Shown in pieces: positions 12,951-27,100 of a DNA stretch of 64,000 nt (the stretch's first letter is position 1; every line of letters starts with the position of its first letter). Both the position numbers and the translations under genes were made by a program. The stretch lies in NCBI GenBank assembly GCA_036172245.1, contig JAYWIR010000131.1, positions 1-64,000 of the forward strand, read 5' to 3'. Below the pieces are notes generated by a model that did no database searches, was not told the origin of the DNA, and saw only the letters and a program-made list of their open reading frames with translations. The stretch is from Raillietiella orientalis. Taxonomy: Eukaryota.

Positions 12951-14099
12951 TTCCAATGTGGTGTTTTCCTTCCAAATCTCCGCACTTGCACGTAAACGAC
13001 CATGGCCGCTTCCCGATGAATTCGGTCGGAATCCTGAGACATCAAAATGGTTGGAATCAATCTACTTCCTCTTCCAGCATGGAAATAGAATCTTTAAAAT
13101 GCATCAAAAAAATTCCTCTATCTTTTCTATTTCCAATGTGGTGTTTTCCGTCCAAATCTGCCCACTTGCACTTAAACGAACATGGCCGGTTCCCGATAAA
13201 TTCGGTCGCAATCCTGAGACATCAAGATGGTTGGAAGCAATGTACTTCCACTACCTGCATCCAAATAGAATCCTGTAAGTGCAACGGAAAAATTCCTTCA
13301 TCTTTTCTATTTCCAATCTGGTGTTTTCCTTCCAAATCTCCGCACTTGCACGTAAACGACCGTTGCCGGTTCCCGATGAATTCGGTCGCAATCCTGAGAC
13401 ATGAAAAGGGTTGTAATCAATCTACTTCCACTCCCAGCATAGAAATAGAATCTACAAAGTGCATCAAAAAAATTCCTCTATCTTTTCTATTTCCAATGTG
13501 GTGTTTTTCGTCCAAATCTCCGCACTTGCACCTAAACGAACATGGCCGGTTCCCGATGAATTCGGTCGCAATACTGAGACATGAAGATGGTTGGAATCAA
13601 TCTACTTCCACTTCCTGCATCGAGATACAATCGTTAAAATGCATGCAGAAAATTCCTCTATCTTTTCTATTTCCATTGTGGTGTTTTCCGTCCAAATCTC
13701 CGCACTTGCACGTAAACGACCATGGCCGGTTCCCGATGAATTCGGTCGCAATCCTGAGACATGAAAATGGTTGGAATCAATCTACTTCCACTTCCAGCAT
13801 AGAAACATAATCTTCAAAATGCATCACAAAAATTCCTCTATCTTTTCTATTTCCAATGTGGTGTTTTCCGTCCAAATCTCCCCACTTGCACCTAAATGAA
13901 CATGGCCGGTTCCCGATAAATTCGGTCGCAATCCTGAGACATCAAAATGGTTGGAAGCAATGTACTTCCACTTCCTGCATCCAAATAGAATCCTGTAAGT
14001 GCATCCGAAAAATTCCTTCATCTTTTCTATTTCCAATGTGGTGTTTTTCGTCCAAATCTCCGCACTTGCACCTAAACGAACATGGCCGGTTCCCGATGA

Positions 14100-17000
14100 A
14101 TTCGGTCGCAATCCTGAGACATGAAAATGGTTGAAATCAATCTACTTCCACTTCCTGCATCGAGATACAATCGTTAAAATGCATGAAAAAAATTCCTCTA
14201 TCTTTTCTATTTCCAATGTGGTGTTTTCCGTCCAAATCTCCGCACTTGCACGTAAACGACCGTGGCCGGTTCCCGATGAATTCGGTCGCAATCCTGAGAC
14301 ATGAAAATGGTTGTAATCAATCTACTTCCACTTCCAGCATAGAAATAGAATTTTCAAAGTGCACAAAAAAATTCCTCTATTTTTTGTATTTCCAATGTGG
14401 ATTTTTCCGTCCAAATCTCCGAACTTGTACCAAAACTACCATGGCCGGTTCCCGATGATTACGGTCGCAATCCTGAGACATGAAGATGGTTGGAATCAAT
14501 CTACTTCCACTTCCTGCATCGAGATACAATCGTTAAAATGCATTCAGAAAATTCCTCTATCTTTTCTATTTCCATTGTGGTGTTTTCCGTCCAAATCTCC
14601 GCACTTGCACGTAAACGACCGAGGCCGGTTCCCGATGAATTCGGTCGCAATCCTGAGACATCAAAAGGGTTGTAATCAATCTACTTCCACTTCCAGCATA
14701 GAAATAGAATCTACAAAGTGAACCAAAAAAATTCCTCTATCTTTTCTATTTCCAATGTGGTGTTTTCCGTCCAAATCTCAACACTAGCACCTAAACGAAC
14801 ATGGCCGGTTCCCGATGAATTCGGTCGCAATCCTGAGACATGAAAATGGTTGAAATCAATCTACTTCCACTTCCTGCATCGAGATACAATCGTTAAAATG
14901 GATGAAAAAAATTCCTCTATCTTTTCTATTTCCAATGTGGTGTTTTCCGTCCAAATCTCCGCACTTGCACCTAAACGAACATGCCCGGTTCCCGATTAAT
15001 TCGGTCGCAATCCTGAGACATGAAAATGGTTGTAATCAATCTACTTCCACTTCCAGCACAGAAATAGAATCTTCAAAGTGCATCAAAAAAATTCCTTTAT
15101 CTTTTCAATTTCCAATGTGTTGTTTTCCGTCCAAATCTTCGCACTTGCACGTAAACGACCATGGCCGGTTCCCGATGAATTCGGTCGCAATCCCGAGACA
15201 TGAAAATAGTTGAAATCAATCTACTTCCACTTCCTGCTTCGAGATACAATCGTTAAAATGCGTGAAAAAAATTCCTCTATCTTTTCTATTTCCAATGTGG
15301 TGTTTTCCGTCCAAATCTCCGCACTTGCACGTAAACGACCATGGCCGGTTCCCGATGAATTCGGTGGCAATCCTGAGGCATGAAAATGGTTGTAATCAAT
15401 CTACTTCCACTTCCAGCATAGAAATAGAATCTTTAAAGTGCATCAAAAAAATTCCTCTATCTTTTGTATTTCCAATGTGGATTTTTCCGTCCAAATCTCC
15501 GAACTTGTACCAAAACGACCATGGCCGGTTCCCGATGATTACCGTCGCAATTCTGAGACATGAAGATGGTTGGAATCAATCTACTTCCACTTCCTGCATC
15601 GAGATACAATCGTCAAAATGCATGAAAAAAATTCCTCTATCTTTTCTATTTCCAATGTGGTGTTTTCCTTCCAAATCTCCGCACTTGCACGTAAACGACC
15701 ATGGCCTGTTCCCGATGAATTCGGTAGCAATCCTGAGACATGAAAATGTTTGGAATCAATCTACTTCCACTTCCTGCATCGAGATAGAATCTTCAAAGTG
15801 CATCGCAAAAATTCCTCTATCTTTTCTATTTCCAATGTGGTGTTTTCCGTCCAAATATCCCCACTTGCACCTAAACGAACATAACCGGTTCCCGATGAAT
15901 TCGGTCGCAATCCTGAGACATGAAAATGGTTGTAATCAATCTACTTCCACTTCCTGCATCCAAATACAATCTTCAAAGTGTATGCAAAAAATTCCTTTTT
16001 CTTTTCTATTTCCAATGTGATGTTATCCGTCCAAATCTCCGCACTTGCACGTAAACGACCATGGCCGCTTCCCGATGAATTCGGTCGCAATCCTGAGACA
16101 TGAAATTGGATGGAATCAATCTACTTCCACTTCCAGCATAGAAATAGGATCTTGAAAGTGCATCAAAAAAATTCCTCTATCTTTTGTATTTCCAAAGTGG
16201 TGTTTTCCGTCCAAATCTCCCCACTTGCACCTAAACGAACATCGCCGGTTCCCGATGAATTCGGTCGCAATCCTGAGACATGAAAATGTTTGGAATCAAT
16301 CTACTTCCACTTCAAGCATAGAAATAGAATTTTCAAGATGCATCACAGAAATTCCTCTATCTTTTCTATTTCCAATGTGGTGTTTTCCGTCCAAATCTCC
16401 GCACTTGCACCAAAACGACCATGGCCGTTTCCCGAAGAATTCGGTCGCAATCCTGAGACCTCGAAATGGTTGGAAGCAATGTACTTCCACTTCCTGCATC
16501 CAAATAGAATCTTCAAAGTGCTTCCTGAAAATTCCCCTATCTTTTCTATTTCCAATGTGGTGTTTTCCGTCCAAATCTCCGCACTTACACCTAAACGACC
16601 ATGGCCGCGTCCCGATGAATTCGGTCGCAATCCTGAGACATCAAAATGGTTGGAATCAATCTACTTCGTCTTCCAGCATAGAAATTGAATCTTCAAAATG
16701 CATCACAGAAATTCCTCTATGTTTTCTATTTCCAATGTGGTATTTTCCGTCCAAATCCTCGCACTTGCACCAACACGACCATGGCCGGATCCCGATGAAT
16801 TCGGTCGCAATCGTGAGACATGAAAATGGTTGGAATCAATGTACTTCCACTTCCAGCATAGAGATAGAATCCTCAAAGTGCATCAAAAAAATTCCTCTAT
16901 CTTTTCTATTTCTAATGTGGTGTTTTCCGTCCATATCTCCGCACTTGCTCCAAAACGACCATGGCCGTTTCCCGATGAATTCGGTCGCAATCCTGAGACA

Positions 17001-20000
17001 TCGAAATGGTTGGAAGCAATCTACTTCCACTTCCAGCATAGAAATAGAATCTTCAAAGTGCATCCAAAAAATTCCTCTATCTTTTCTATTTCCAATGTGG
17101 TGTTTTCCGTCCAAATCTCCGCACTTGCACCTAAACGACCATGGACGCTTCCCGATGAATTCGGTCGCAATCCTGAGACATCAAAATGGTTGGAATCAAT
17201 CTACTTCCTTTTCCAGCATAGAAATAGAATCTTTGAAGTGCATCAAAAAAATTCCTCTATCTTTTCTATTTCCAATGTGGTGTTTTCCGTCCAAATCTCC
17301 GCACTTGCACCAAAACGACCATGGCCGGTTCCCGATGAATTCGGTCGCAATCCTGAGACATCAAAATGGTTGGAATCAATCTACTTCGTCTTCCAGCATA
17401 GAAATTGAATCTTCAAAATGCTTCACAGAAATTCCTCTATGTTTTCTATTTCCAATGTGGTGTTTTCCGTCCAAATCTCCGCACTTGCACCAAAACGACC
17501 ATGGCCGGTTCCCGATGAATTCGGTCGCAATCCTGAGACATGAAAATGGTTGGAAGCAATCTACTTCCACTTCCTACATCCAAATAGAATCTTCAAAGTG
17601 GATCAAAAAAATTCCTTTATCTTTTCTATTTCCAATGTGGTGTTTTCCGTACAAATCTCCGCACTTGCACCAAAACGACCATGGCCGTTTCCCGATGAAT
17701 TCGGTCGCAATCCTGAGACATCAAAATGGTTGGAATCAATCTACTTCGTCTTCCAGCATAGAAATTGAATCTTCCAAATGCATCACAGAAATTCCTCTAT
17801 GTTTTCTATTTCCAATGTGTTATTTTCCGTCCAAATCTTCGCACTTGCACCAACACGACCATGGCCGGTTCCCGATGAATTCGGTCGCAATCGTGAGACA
17901 TGAAAATGGTTGGAATCAATGTACTTCCACTTCCAGCATAAAGATAGAATCCTGAAAGTGCATCCAAAAAATTCCTCTATCTTTTCTATTTCCAATGTGG
18001 TGTTTTCCGTCCAAATCTCCGCACTTGCACCAACACGACCATGGCCGGTTCCCGATGAATTCGGTCGCAATCCTGAGACATGAAAATGGTTGAAATCAAT
18101 CTACTTCCACTTCCTGCATCGAGATACAATCTTTAAAATGCATCAAAAAAATTCCTCTATCTTTTCTATTTCCAATGTGGTGTTTTCCGTCCAAATCTCC
18201 GCACTTGCACGTAAACGACCGTGGCCGGTTCCCGATGAATTCGGTCGCAATCCTGAGACATGAAAATGGTTGTAATCAATCTACTTCCACTTCCAGCATA
18301 GAAATAGAATTTTCAAAGTGCACAAAAAAATTCCTCTATTTTTTGTATTTCCAATGTGGATTTTTCCGTCCAAATCTCCGAACTTGTACCAAAACGACCA
18401 TGGCCGGTTCCCGATGATTACGGTCGCAATCCTGAGACATGAAGATGGTTGGAATCAATCTACTTCCACTTCCTGCATCGAGATACAATCGTTAAAATGC
18501 ATTCAGAAAATTCCTCTATCTTTTCTATTTCCATTGTGGTGTTTTCCGTCCAAATCTCCGCACTTGCACGTAAACGACCGAGGCCGGTTCCCGATGAATT
18601 CGGTCGCAATCCTGAGACATCAAAAGGGTTGTAATCAATCTACTTCCACTTCCAGCATAGAAATAGAATCTACAAAGTGAACCAAAAAAATTCCTCTATC
18701 TTTTCTATTTCCAATGTGGTGTTTTCCGTCCAAATCTCAACACTAGCACCTAAACGAACATGGCCGGTTCCCGATGAATTCGGTCGCAATCCTGAGACAT
18801 GAAAATGGTTGAAATCAATCTACTTCCACTTCCTGCATCGAGATACAATCGTTAAAATGGATGAAAAAAATTCCTCTATCTTTTCTATTTCCAATGTGGT
18901 GTTTTCCGTCCAAATCTCCGCACTTGCACCTAAACGAACATGCCCGGTTCCCGATTAATTCGGTCGCAATCCTGAGACATGAAAATGGTTGTAATCAATC
19001 TACTTCCACTTCCAGCACAGAAATAGAATCTTCAAAGTGCATCAAAAAAATTCCTTTATCTTTTCAATTTCCAATGTGTTGTTTTCCGTCCAAATCTTCG
19101 CACTTGCACGTAAACGACCATGGCCGGTTCCCGATGAATTCGGTCGCAATCCCGAGACATGAAAATAGTTGAAATCAATCTACTTCCACTTCCTGCTTCG
19201 AGATACAATCGTTAAAATGCGTGAAAAAAATTCCTCTATCTTTTCTATTTCCAATGTGGTGTTTTCCGTCCAAATCTCCGCACTTGCACGTAAACGACCA
19301 TGGCCGGTTCCCGATGAATTCGGTGGCAATCCTGAGGCATGAAAATGGTTGTAATCAATCTACTTCCACTTCCAGCATAGAAATAGAATCTTTAAAGTGC
19401 ATCAAAAAAATTCCTCTATCTTTTGTATTTCCAATGTGGATTTTTCCGTCCAATTCTCCGAACTTGTACCAAAACGACCATGGCCGGTTCCCGATGATTA
19501 CCGTCGCAATTCTGAGACATGAAGATGGTTGGAATCAATCTACTTCCACTTCCTGCATCGAGATACAATCGTCAAAATGCATGAAAAAAATTCCTCTATC
19601 TTTTCTATTTCCAATGTGGTGTTTTCCTTCCAAATCTCCGCACTTGCACGTAAACGACCATGGCCTGTTCCCGATGAATTCGGTAGCAATCCTGAGACAT
19701 GAAAATGTTTGGAATCAATCTACTTCCACTTCCTGCATCGAGATAGAATCTTCAAAGTGCATCGCAAAAATTCCTCTATCTTTTCTATTTCCAATGTGGT
19801 GTTTTCCGTCCAAATATCCCCACTTGCACCTAAACGAACATAACCGGTTCCCGATGAATTCGGTCGCAATCCTGAGACATCAAAATGGTTGGAATCAATC
19901 TACTTCGTCTTCCAGCATAGAAATTGAATCTTCCAAATGCATCACAGAAATTCCTCTATGTTTTCTATTTCCAATGTGTTATTTTCCGTCCAAATCTTCG

Positions 20001-23000
20001 CACTTGCACCAACACGACCATGGCCGGTTCCCGATGAATTCGGTCGCAATCGTGAGACATGAAAATGGTTGGAATCAATGTACTTCCACTTCCAGCATAA
20101 AGATAGAATCCTGAAAGTGCATCCAAAAAATTCCTCTATCTTTTCTATTTCCAATGTGGTGTTTTCCGTCCAAATCTCCGCACTTGCACCAACACGACCA
20201 TGGCCGGTTCCCGATGAATTCGGTCGCAATCCTGAGACATGAAAATGGTTGAAATCAATCTACTTCCACTTCCTGCATCGAGATACAATCGTTAAAATGC
20301 ATGAAAAAAATTCCTCTATCTTTTCTATTTCCAATGTGGTGTTTTCCGTCCAAATCTCCGCACTTGCACGTAAACGACCGTGGCCGGTTCCCGATGAATT
20401 CGGTCGCAATCCTGAGACATGAAAATGGTTGTAATCAATCTACTTCCACTTCCAGCATAGAAATAGAATTTTCAAAGTGCACAAAAAAATTCCTCTATTT
20501 TTTGTATTTCCAATGTGGATTTTTCCGTCCAAATCTCCGAACTTGTACCAAAACGACCATGGCCGGTTCCCGATGATTACGGTCGCAATCCTGAGACATG
20601 AAGATGGTTGGAATCAATCTACTTCCACTTCCTGCATCGAGATACAATCGTTAAAATGCATTCAGAAAATTCCTCTATCTTTTCTATTTCCATTGTGGTG
20701 TTTTCCGTCCAAATCTCCGCACTTGCACGTAAACGACCGAGGCCGGTTCCCGATGAATTCGGTCGCAATCCTGAGACATCAAAAGGGTTGTAATCAATCT
20801 ACTTCCACTTCCAGCATAGAAATAGAATCTACAAAGTGAACCAAAAAAATTCCTCTATCTTTTCTATTTCCAATGTGGTGTTTTCCGTCCAAATCTCAAC
20901 ACTAGCACCTAAACGAACATGGCCGGTTCCCGATGAATTCGGTCGCAATCCTGAGACATGAAAATGGTTGAAATCAATCTACTTCCACTTCCTGCATCGA
21001 GATACAATCGTTAAAATGGATGAAAAAAATTCCTCTATCTTTTCTATTTCCAATGTGGTGTTTTCCGTCCAAATCTCCGCACTTGCACCTAAACGAACAT
21101 GCCCGGTTCCCGATTAATTCGGTCGCAATCCTGAGACATGAAAATGGTTGTAATCAATCTACTTCCACTTCCAGCACAGAAATAGAATCTTCAAAGTGCA
21201 TCAAAAAAATTCCTTTATCTTTTCAATTTCCAATGTGTTGTTTTCCGTCCAAATCTTCGCACTTGCACGTAAACGACCATGGCCGGTTCCCGATGAATTC
21301 GGTCGCAATCCCGAGACATGAAAATAGTTGAAATCAATCTACTTCCACTTCCTGCTTCGAGATACAATCGTTAAAATGCGTGAAAAAAATTCCTCTATCT
21401 TTTCTATTTCCAATGTGGTGTTTTCCGTCCAAATCTCCGCACTTGCACGTAAACGACCATGGCCGGTTCCCGATGAATTCGGTGGCAATCCTTAGACATC
21501 AAAATGGTTGGAAGCAATCTACTACCACTTCCAGCATAGAAATAGAATCTTCAAAGTGCATCAAAAAAATTCCTCTAGCTTTTGTATTTCCAATGTGGAT
21601 TTTTCCGTCCAAATCTCCGAACTTGTACCTAAACGACCATGGCCGAACCCGATGATTACGGTCGCAATTCTGAGACATGAAGATGGTTGGAATCAATCTA
21701 CTTCCACTTCCTGCATCGAGATACAATCGTTAATATGCATGAAAAAAATTCCTCTATCTTTTCTGTTTCCAATGTGGTGTTTTCCTTCCAAATCTCCGCA
21801 CTTGCACCTAAACGACCATGGCCGGTTCCCGATGAATTCGGTCGCAATCCTTAGACATCAAAATGGTTGGAAGCAATCTACTTCCACTTCCTGCATCCAA
21901 ATACAATCTTCAAAGTGTATGCAAAAAATTCCTTTTTCTTTTCTATTTCCAATGTGATGTTATCCGTCCAAATCTCCGCACTTGCACGTAAACGACCATG
22001 GCCGCTTCCCGATGAATTCGGTCGCAATCCTGAGACATGAAATTGGATGGAATCAATCTACTTCCACTTCCAGCATAGAAATAGGATCTTGAAAGTGCAT
22101 CAAAAAAATTCCTCTATCTTTTCTATTTCCAATGTGGTGTTTTCCGTCCAAATCTCCGCACTTGCACCAACACGACCATGGCCGGTTCCCGATGAATTCG
22201 GTCGCAATCCTGAGACATGAAAATGGTTGAAATCAATCTACTTCCACTTCCTGCATCGAGATACAATCGTTAAAATGCATGAAAAAAATTCCTCTATCTT
22301 TTCTATTTCCAATGTGGTGTTTTCCGTCCAAATCTCCGCACTTGCACGTAAACGACCGTGGCCGGTTCCCGATGAATTCGGTCGCAATCCTGAGACATGA
22401 AAATGGTTGTAATCAATCTACTTCCACTTCCAGCATAGAAATAGAATTTTCAAAGTGCACAAAAAAATTCCTCTATTTTTTGTATTTCCAATGTGGATTT
22501 TTCCGTCCAAATCTCCGAACTTGTACCAAAACGACCATGGCCGGTTCCCGATGATTACGGTCGCAATCCTGAGACATGAAGATGGTTGGAATCAATCTAC
22601 TTCCACTTCCTGCATCGAGATACAATCGTTAAAATGCATTCAGAAAATTCCTCTATCTTTTCTATTTCCATTGTGGTGTTTTCCGTCCAAATCTCCGCAC
22701 TTGCACGTAAACGACCGAGGCCGGTTCCCGATGAATTCGGTCGCAATCCTGAGACATCAAAAGGGTTGTAATCAATCTACTTCCACTTCCAGCATAGAAA
22801 TAGAATCTACAAAGTGAACCAAAAAAATTCCTCTATCTTTTCTATTTCCAATGTGGTGTTTTCCGTCCAAATCTCAACACTAGCACCTAAACGAACATGG
22901 CCGGTTCCCGATGAATTCGGTCGCAATCCTGAGACATGAAAATGGTTGAAATCAATCTACTTCCACTTCCTGCATCGAGATACAATCGTTAAAATGGATG

Positions 23001-23470
23001 AAAAAAATTCCTCTATCTTTTCTATTTCCAATGTGGTGTTTTCCGTCCAAATCTCCGCACTTGCACCTAAACGAACATGCCCGGTTCCCGATTAATTCGG
23101 TCGCAATCCTGAGACATGAAAATGGTTGTAATCAATCTACTTCCACTTCCAGCACAGAAATAGAATCTTCAAAGTGCATCAAAAAAATTCCTTTATCTTT
23201 TCAATTTCCAATGTGTTGTTTTCCGTCCAAATCTTCGCACTTGCACGTAAACGACCATGGCCGGTTCCCGATGAATTCGGTCGCAATCCCGAGACATGAA
23301 AATAGTTGAAATCAATCTACTTCCACTTCCTGCTTCGAGATACAATCGTTAAAATGCGTGAAAAAAATTCCTCTATCTTTTCTATTTCCAATGTGGTGTT
23401 TTCCGTCCAAATCTCCGCACTTGCACGTAAACGACCATGGCCGGTTCCCGATGAATTCGGTGGCAATCCT
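14100..23470 (+). repeat. Four copies of a 7-10 monomer block (about 14100-15915, 18060-19875, 20220-21490 and 22200-23470)
   Basis: All four share the 1-bp deletion GTGCA[T]CAAAA (about 14364, 18323, 20482 and 22460), CATGCCCGG, and CTGCTTCGAG...TGCGTGAAA. Near-identical ORFs at 14359, 18318, 20477 and 22455 give spacings of 3959, 2159 and 1978 bp (22, 12 and 11 monomers). Confidence 0.92.
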
Positions 23471-24100
23471 TAGACATCAAAATGGTTGGAAGCAATCTAC
23501 TACCACTTCCAGCATAGAAATAGAATCTTCAAAGTGCATCAAAAAAATTCCTCTAGCTTTTGTATTTCCAATGTGGATTTTTCCGTCCAAATCTCCGAAC
23601 TTGTACCTAAACGACCATGGCCGAACCCGATGATTACGGTCGCAATTCTGAGACATGAAGATGGTTGGAATCAATCTACTTCCACTTCCTGCATCGAGAT
23701 ACAATCGTTAATATGCATGAAAAAAATTCCTCTATCTTTTCTGTTTCCAATGTGGTGTTTTCCTTCCAAATCTCCGCACTTGCACCTAAACGACCATGGC
23801 CGGTTCCCGATGAATTCGGTCGCAATCCTTAGACATCAAAATGGTTGGAAGCAATCTACTTCCACTTCCTGCATCCAAATACAATCTTCAAAGTGTATGC
23901 AAAAAATTCCTTTTTCTTTTCTATTTCCAATGTGATGTTATCCGTCCAAATCTCCGCACTTGCACGTAAACGACCATGGCCGCTTCCCGATGAATTCGGT
24001 CGCAATCCTGAGACATGAAATTGGATGGAATCAATCTACTTCCACTTCCAGCATAGAAATAGGATCTTGAAAGTGCATCAAAAAAATTCCTCTATCTTTT
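20125..24100 (+). repeat. 11-monomer tandem duplication (1978 bp), copies apparently identical
   Basis: The private variant GGCCGAACCCGATG occurs at about 21641 and 23619. Identical ORF pairs are 20301/22279, 21020/22998, 21380/23358 and 21508/23486. Confidence 0.95.
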
Positions 24101-27100
24101 GTATTTCCAAAGTGGTGTTTTCCGTCCAAATCTCCCCACTTGCACCTAAACGAACATCGCCGGTTCCCGATGAATTCGGTCGCAATCCTGAGACATGAAA
24201 ATGTTTGGAATCAATCTACTTCCACTTCAAGCATAGAAATAGAATTTTCAAGATGCATCACAGAAATTCCTCTATCTTTTCTATTTCCAATGTGGTGTTT
24301 TCCGTCCAAATCTCCGCACTTGCACCAAAACGACCATGGCCGTTTCCCGAAGAATTCGGTCGCAATCCTGAGACCTCGAAATGGTTGGAAGCAATGTACT
24401 TCCACTTCCTGCATCCAAATAGAATCTTCAAAGTGCTTCCTGAAAATTCCCCTATCTTTTCTATTTCCAATGTGGTGTTTTCCGTCCAAATCTCCGCACT
24501 TACACCTAAACGACCATGGCCGCGTCCCGATGAATTCGGTCGCAATCCTGAGACATCAAAATGGTTGGAATCAATATACTTCGTCTTCCAGCATAGAAAT
24601 TGAATCTTCAAAATGCATCACAGAAATTCCTCTATGTTTTCTATTTCCAATGTGGTATTTTGCGTCCAAATCCTCGCACTTGCACCAACACGACCATGGC
24701 CGGATCCCGATGAATTCGGTCGCAATCGTGAGACATGAAAATGGTTGGAATCAATGTACTTCCACTTCCAGCATAGAGATAGAATCCTCAAAGTGCATCA
24801 AAAAAATTCCTCTATCTTTTCTATTTCTAATGTGGTGTTTTCCGTCCATATCTCCGCACTTGCTCCAAAACGACCATAGCCGTTTCCCGATGAATTCGGT
24901 CGCAATCCTGATACATCGAAATGGTTGGAAGCAATCTACTTCCACTTCCAGCATAGAAATAGAATCTTCAAAGTGCATCCAAAAAATTCCTCTATCTTTT
25001 CTATTTCCAATGTGGTGTTTTCCGTCCAAATCTCCGCACTTGCACCTAAACGACCATGGACGCTTCCCGATGAATTCGGTCGCAATCCTGAGACATCAAA
25101 ATGGTTGGAATCAATCTACTTCCTTTTCCAGCATAGAAATAGAATCTTTGAAGTGCATCAAAAAAATTCCTTTATCTTTTCTATTTCCAATGTGGTGTTT
25201 TCCGTCCAAATCTCCGCACTTGCACCAAAACTACCATGGCCGTTTCCCGATGAATTCGGTCGCAATCCTGAGACATCAAAATGGTTGGAAGCAATCTACT
25301 TCCACTTTCTGCATCCAAATAGAATCTACAAAGTGCTTCCTAAAAATTCCTCTATCTTCTCTATTTCCAATGTGGTGTTTTCCGTCCAAATCTCCACACT
25401 AGCACCAAAACGACCATGGTCGGTTCCCGATGAAATCGGTCGCAATCCTGAGACATCAAAATGGTTGGAATCAATCTACTTCGTCTTCCAGCATAGAAAT
25501 TGAATCTTCAAAATGCTTCACAGAAATTCCTCTATGTTTTCTATTTCCAATGTGTTATTTTCCGTCCAAATCTTCGCACTTGCACCAACACGACCATGGC
25601 CGGTTCCCGATGAATTCGGTCGCAATCGTGAGACATGAAAATGGTTGGAATCAATGTACTTCCACTTCCAGCATAAAGATAGAATCCTGAAAGTGCATCC
25701 AAAAAATTCCTCTATCTTTTCTATTTCCAATGTGGTGTTTTCCGTCCAAATCTCCGCACTTGCACCAACACGACCATGGCCGGTTCCCGATGAATTCGGT
25801 CGCAATCCTGAGACATGAAAATGGTTGGAATCAATCTACTTCCACATCCAGCATAGAAATAGAATCTTCAAAGTGCATCCAAAAAATTCCTATATCTTTT
25901 CTATTTCCAATGTGGTGTTTTCCGTCCAAATCTCCGCACTTGCACCTAAACGAACATGGCCGGTTCCCGATTAATTCGGTCGCAATGCTGAGACATGAAA
26001 ATGGTTGTAATCAATCTACTTCTACTTCCAGCATAGAAATAGAATCTACAAAGTGCATCAAAAAAATTCCTCTATCTTTTCTATTTCCAATGTGGTGTTT
26101 TCCGTCCAAATCTCCGCACTTGCACCTAAACGAACATGGCCGGTTCCCGATGAATTCGGTCGCAATCCTGAGACATGAAAATGGTTGAAATCAATCTACT
26201 TCCACTTCCTGCATCGAAATACAATCATTAAAATGCATGAAAGAAATTCCTCTATCTTTTCTATTTCAATGTGGTGTTTTCCGTCCAAATCTCCGCACTT
26301 GCACCTAAACGAACATGGCCGGTTCCCGATTAATTCGGTCGCAATCCTGAGACATGAAAATGGTTGAAATCAATCTACTTCCACTTCCTGCATCGAGATA
26401 CAATCGTTAAAATGCATGAAAAAAATTCCTCTATCTTTTCTATTTCCAATGTGGTGTTTTCCGTCCAAATGTGCGCACTTGCACGTAATCGACCATGGCC
26501 TGTTCCCGATGAATTCGGTCGCAATCCTGAGACATGAAAATGGTTGTAATCAATCTACTTCGACTTCCAGCATAGAAATAGAATTTTCAAAGTGCATCAA
26601 AAAAATTCCTCTATTTTTTGTATTTCCAATGTGGATTTTTCCGTCCAAGTCTACGAACTTGTACCAAAACGACCATGGACGGTTCCCGATGATTACGGTC
26701 GCAATCGTGAGACATGAAGATGGTTGGAATCAATCTACTTCCACTTCCAGCATAGAAATAGAATGTTCAAAATGCATCACAAAAATTCCTCTATCTTTTC
26801 TATTTCCAATGTGGTGTTTTCAGTCCAAATCTGCCCACTTGCACCTAAACGAACATGGCCGGTTCCCGATGAATTAGGTCGCAATCCTGAGACATGAAAA
26901 TGGTTGGAATCAATCTACTTCCACATCCAGCATAGAAATAGAATCTTCAAAGTGCATCCAAAAAATTCCTCTATCTTTTCTATTTCCAATGTGGTATTTT
27001 CCGTCCAAATCTCCGCACTTGCACCTAAACGAACATGGCCGGTTCCCGATGAATTCGGTCGCAATCCTGAGACATGAAAATGGTTGGAATCAATCTACTT

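Larger units (their letters stand above)
1..13132 (+). repeat. Subfamily A domain of the satellite
   Basis: Monomers mostly read CACCAAAACGACCA, GACATCAAAATGG and TCCAGCATAGAAATAGAATC. The B-type CTGCATCGAGATACAATCGTTAAA segment is not seen here. The first 69 monomers (1-12420) have no indels. Confidence 0.85.
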
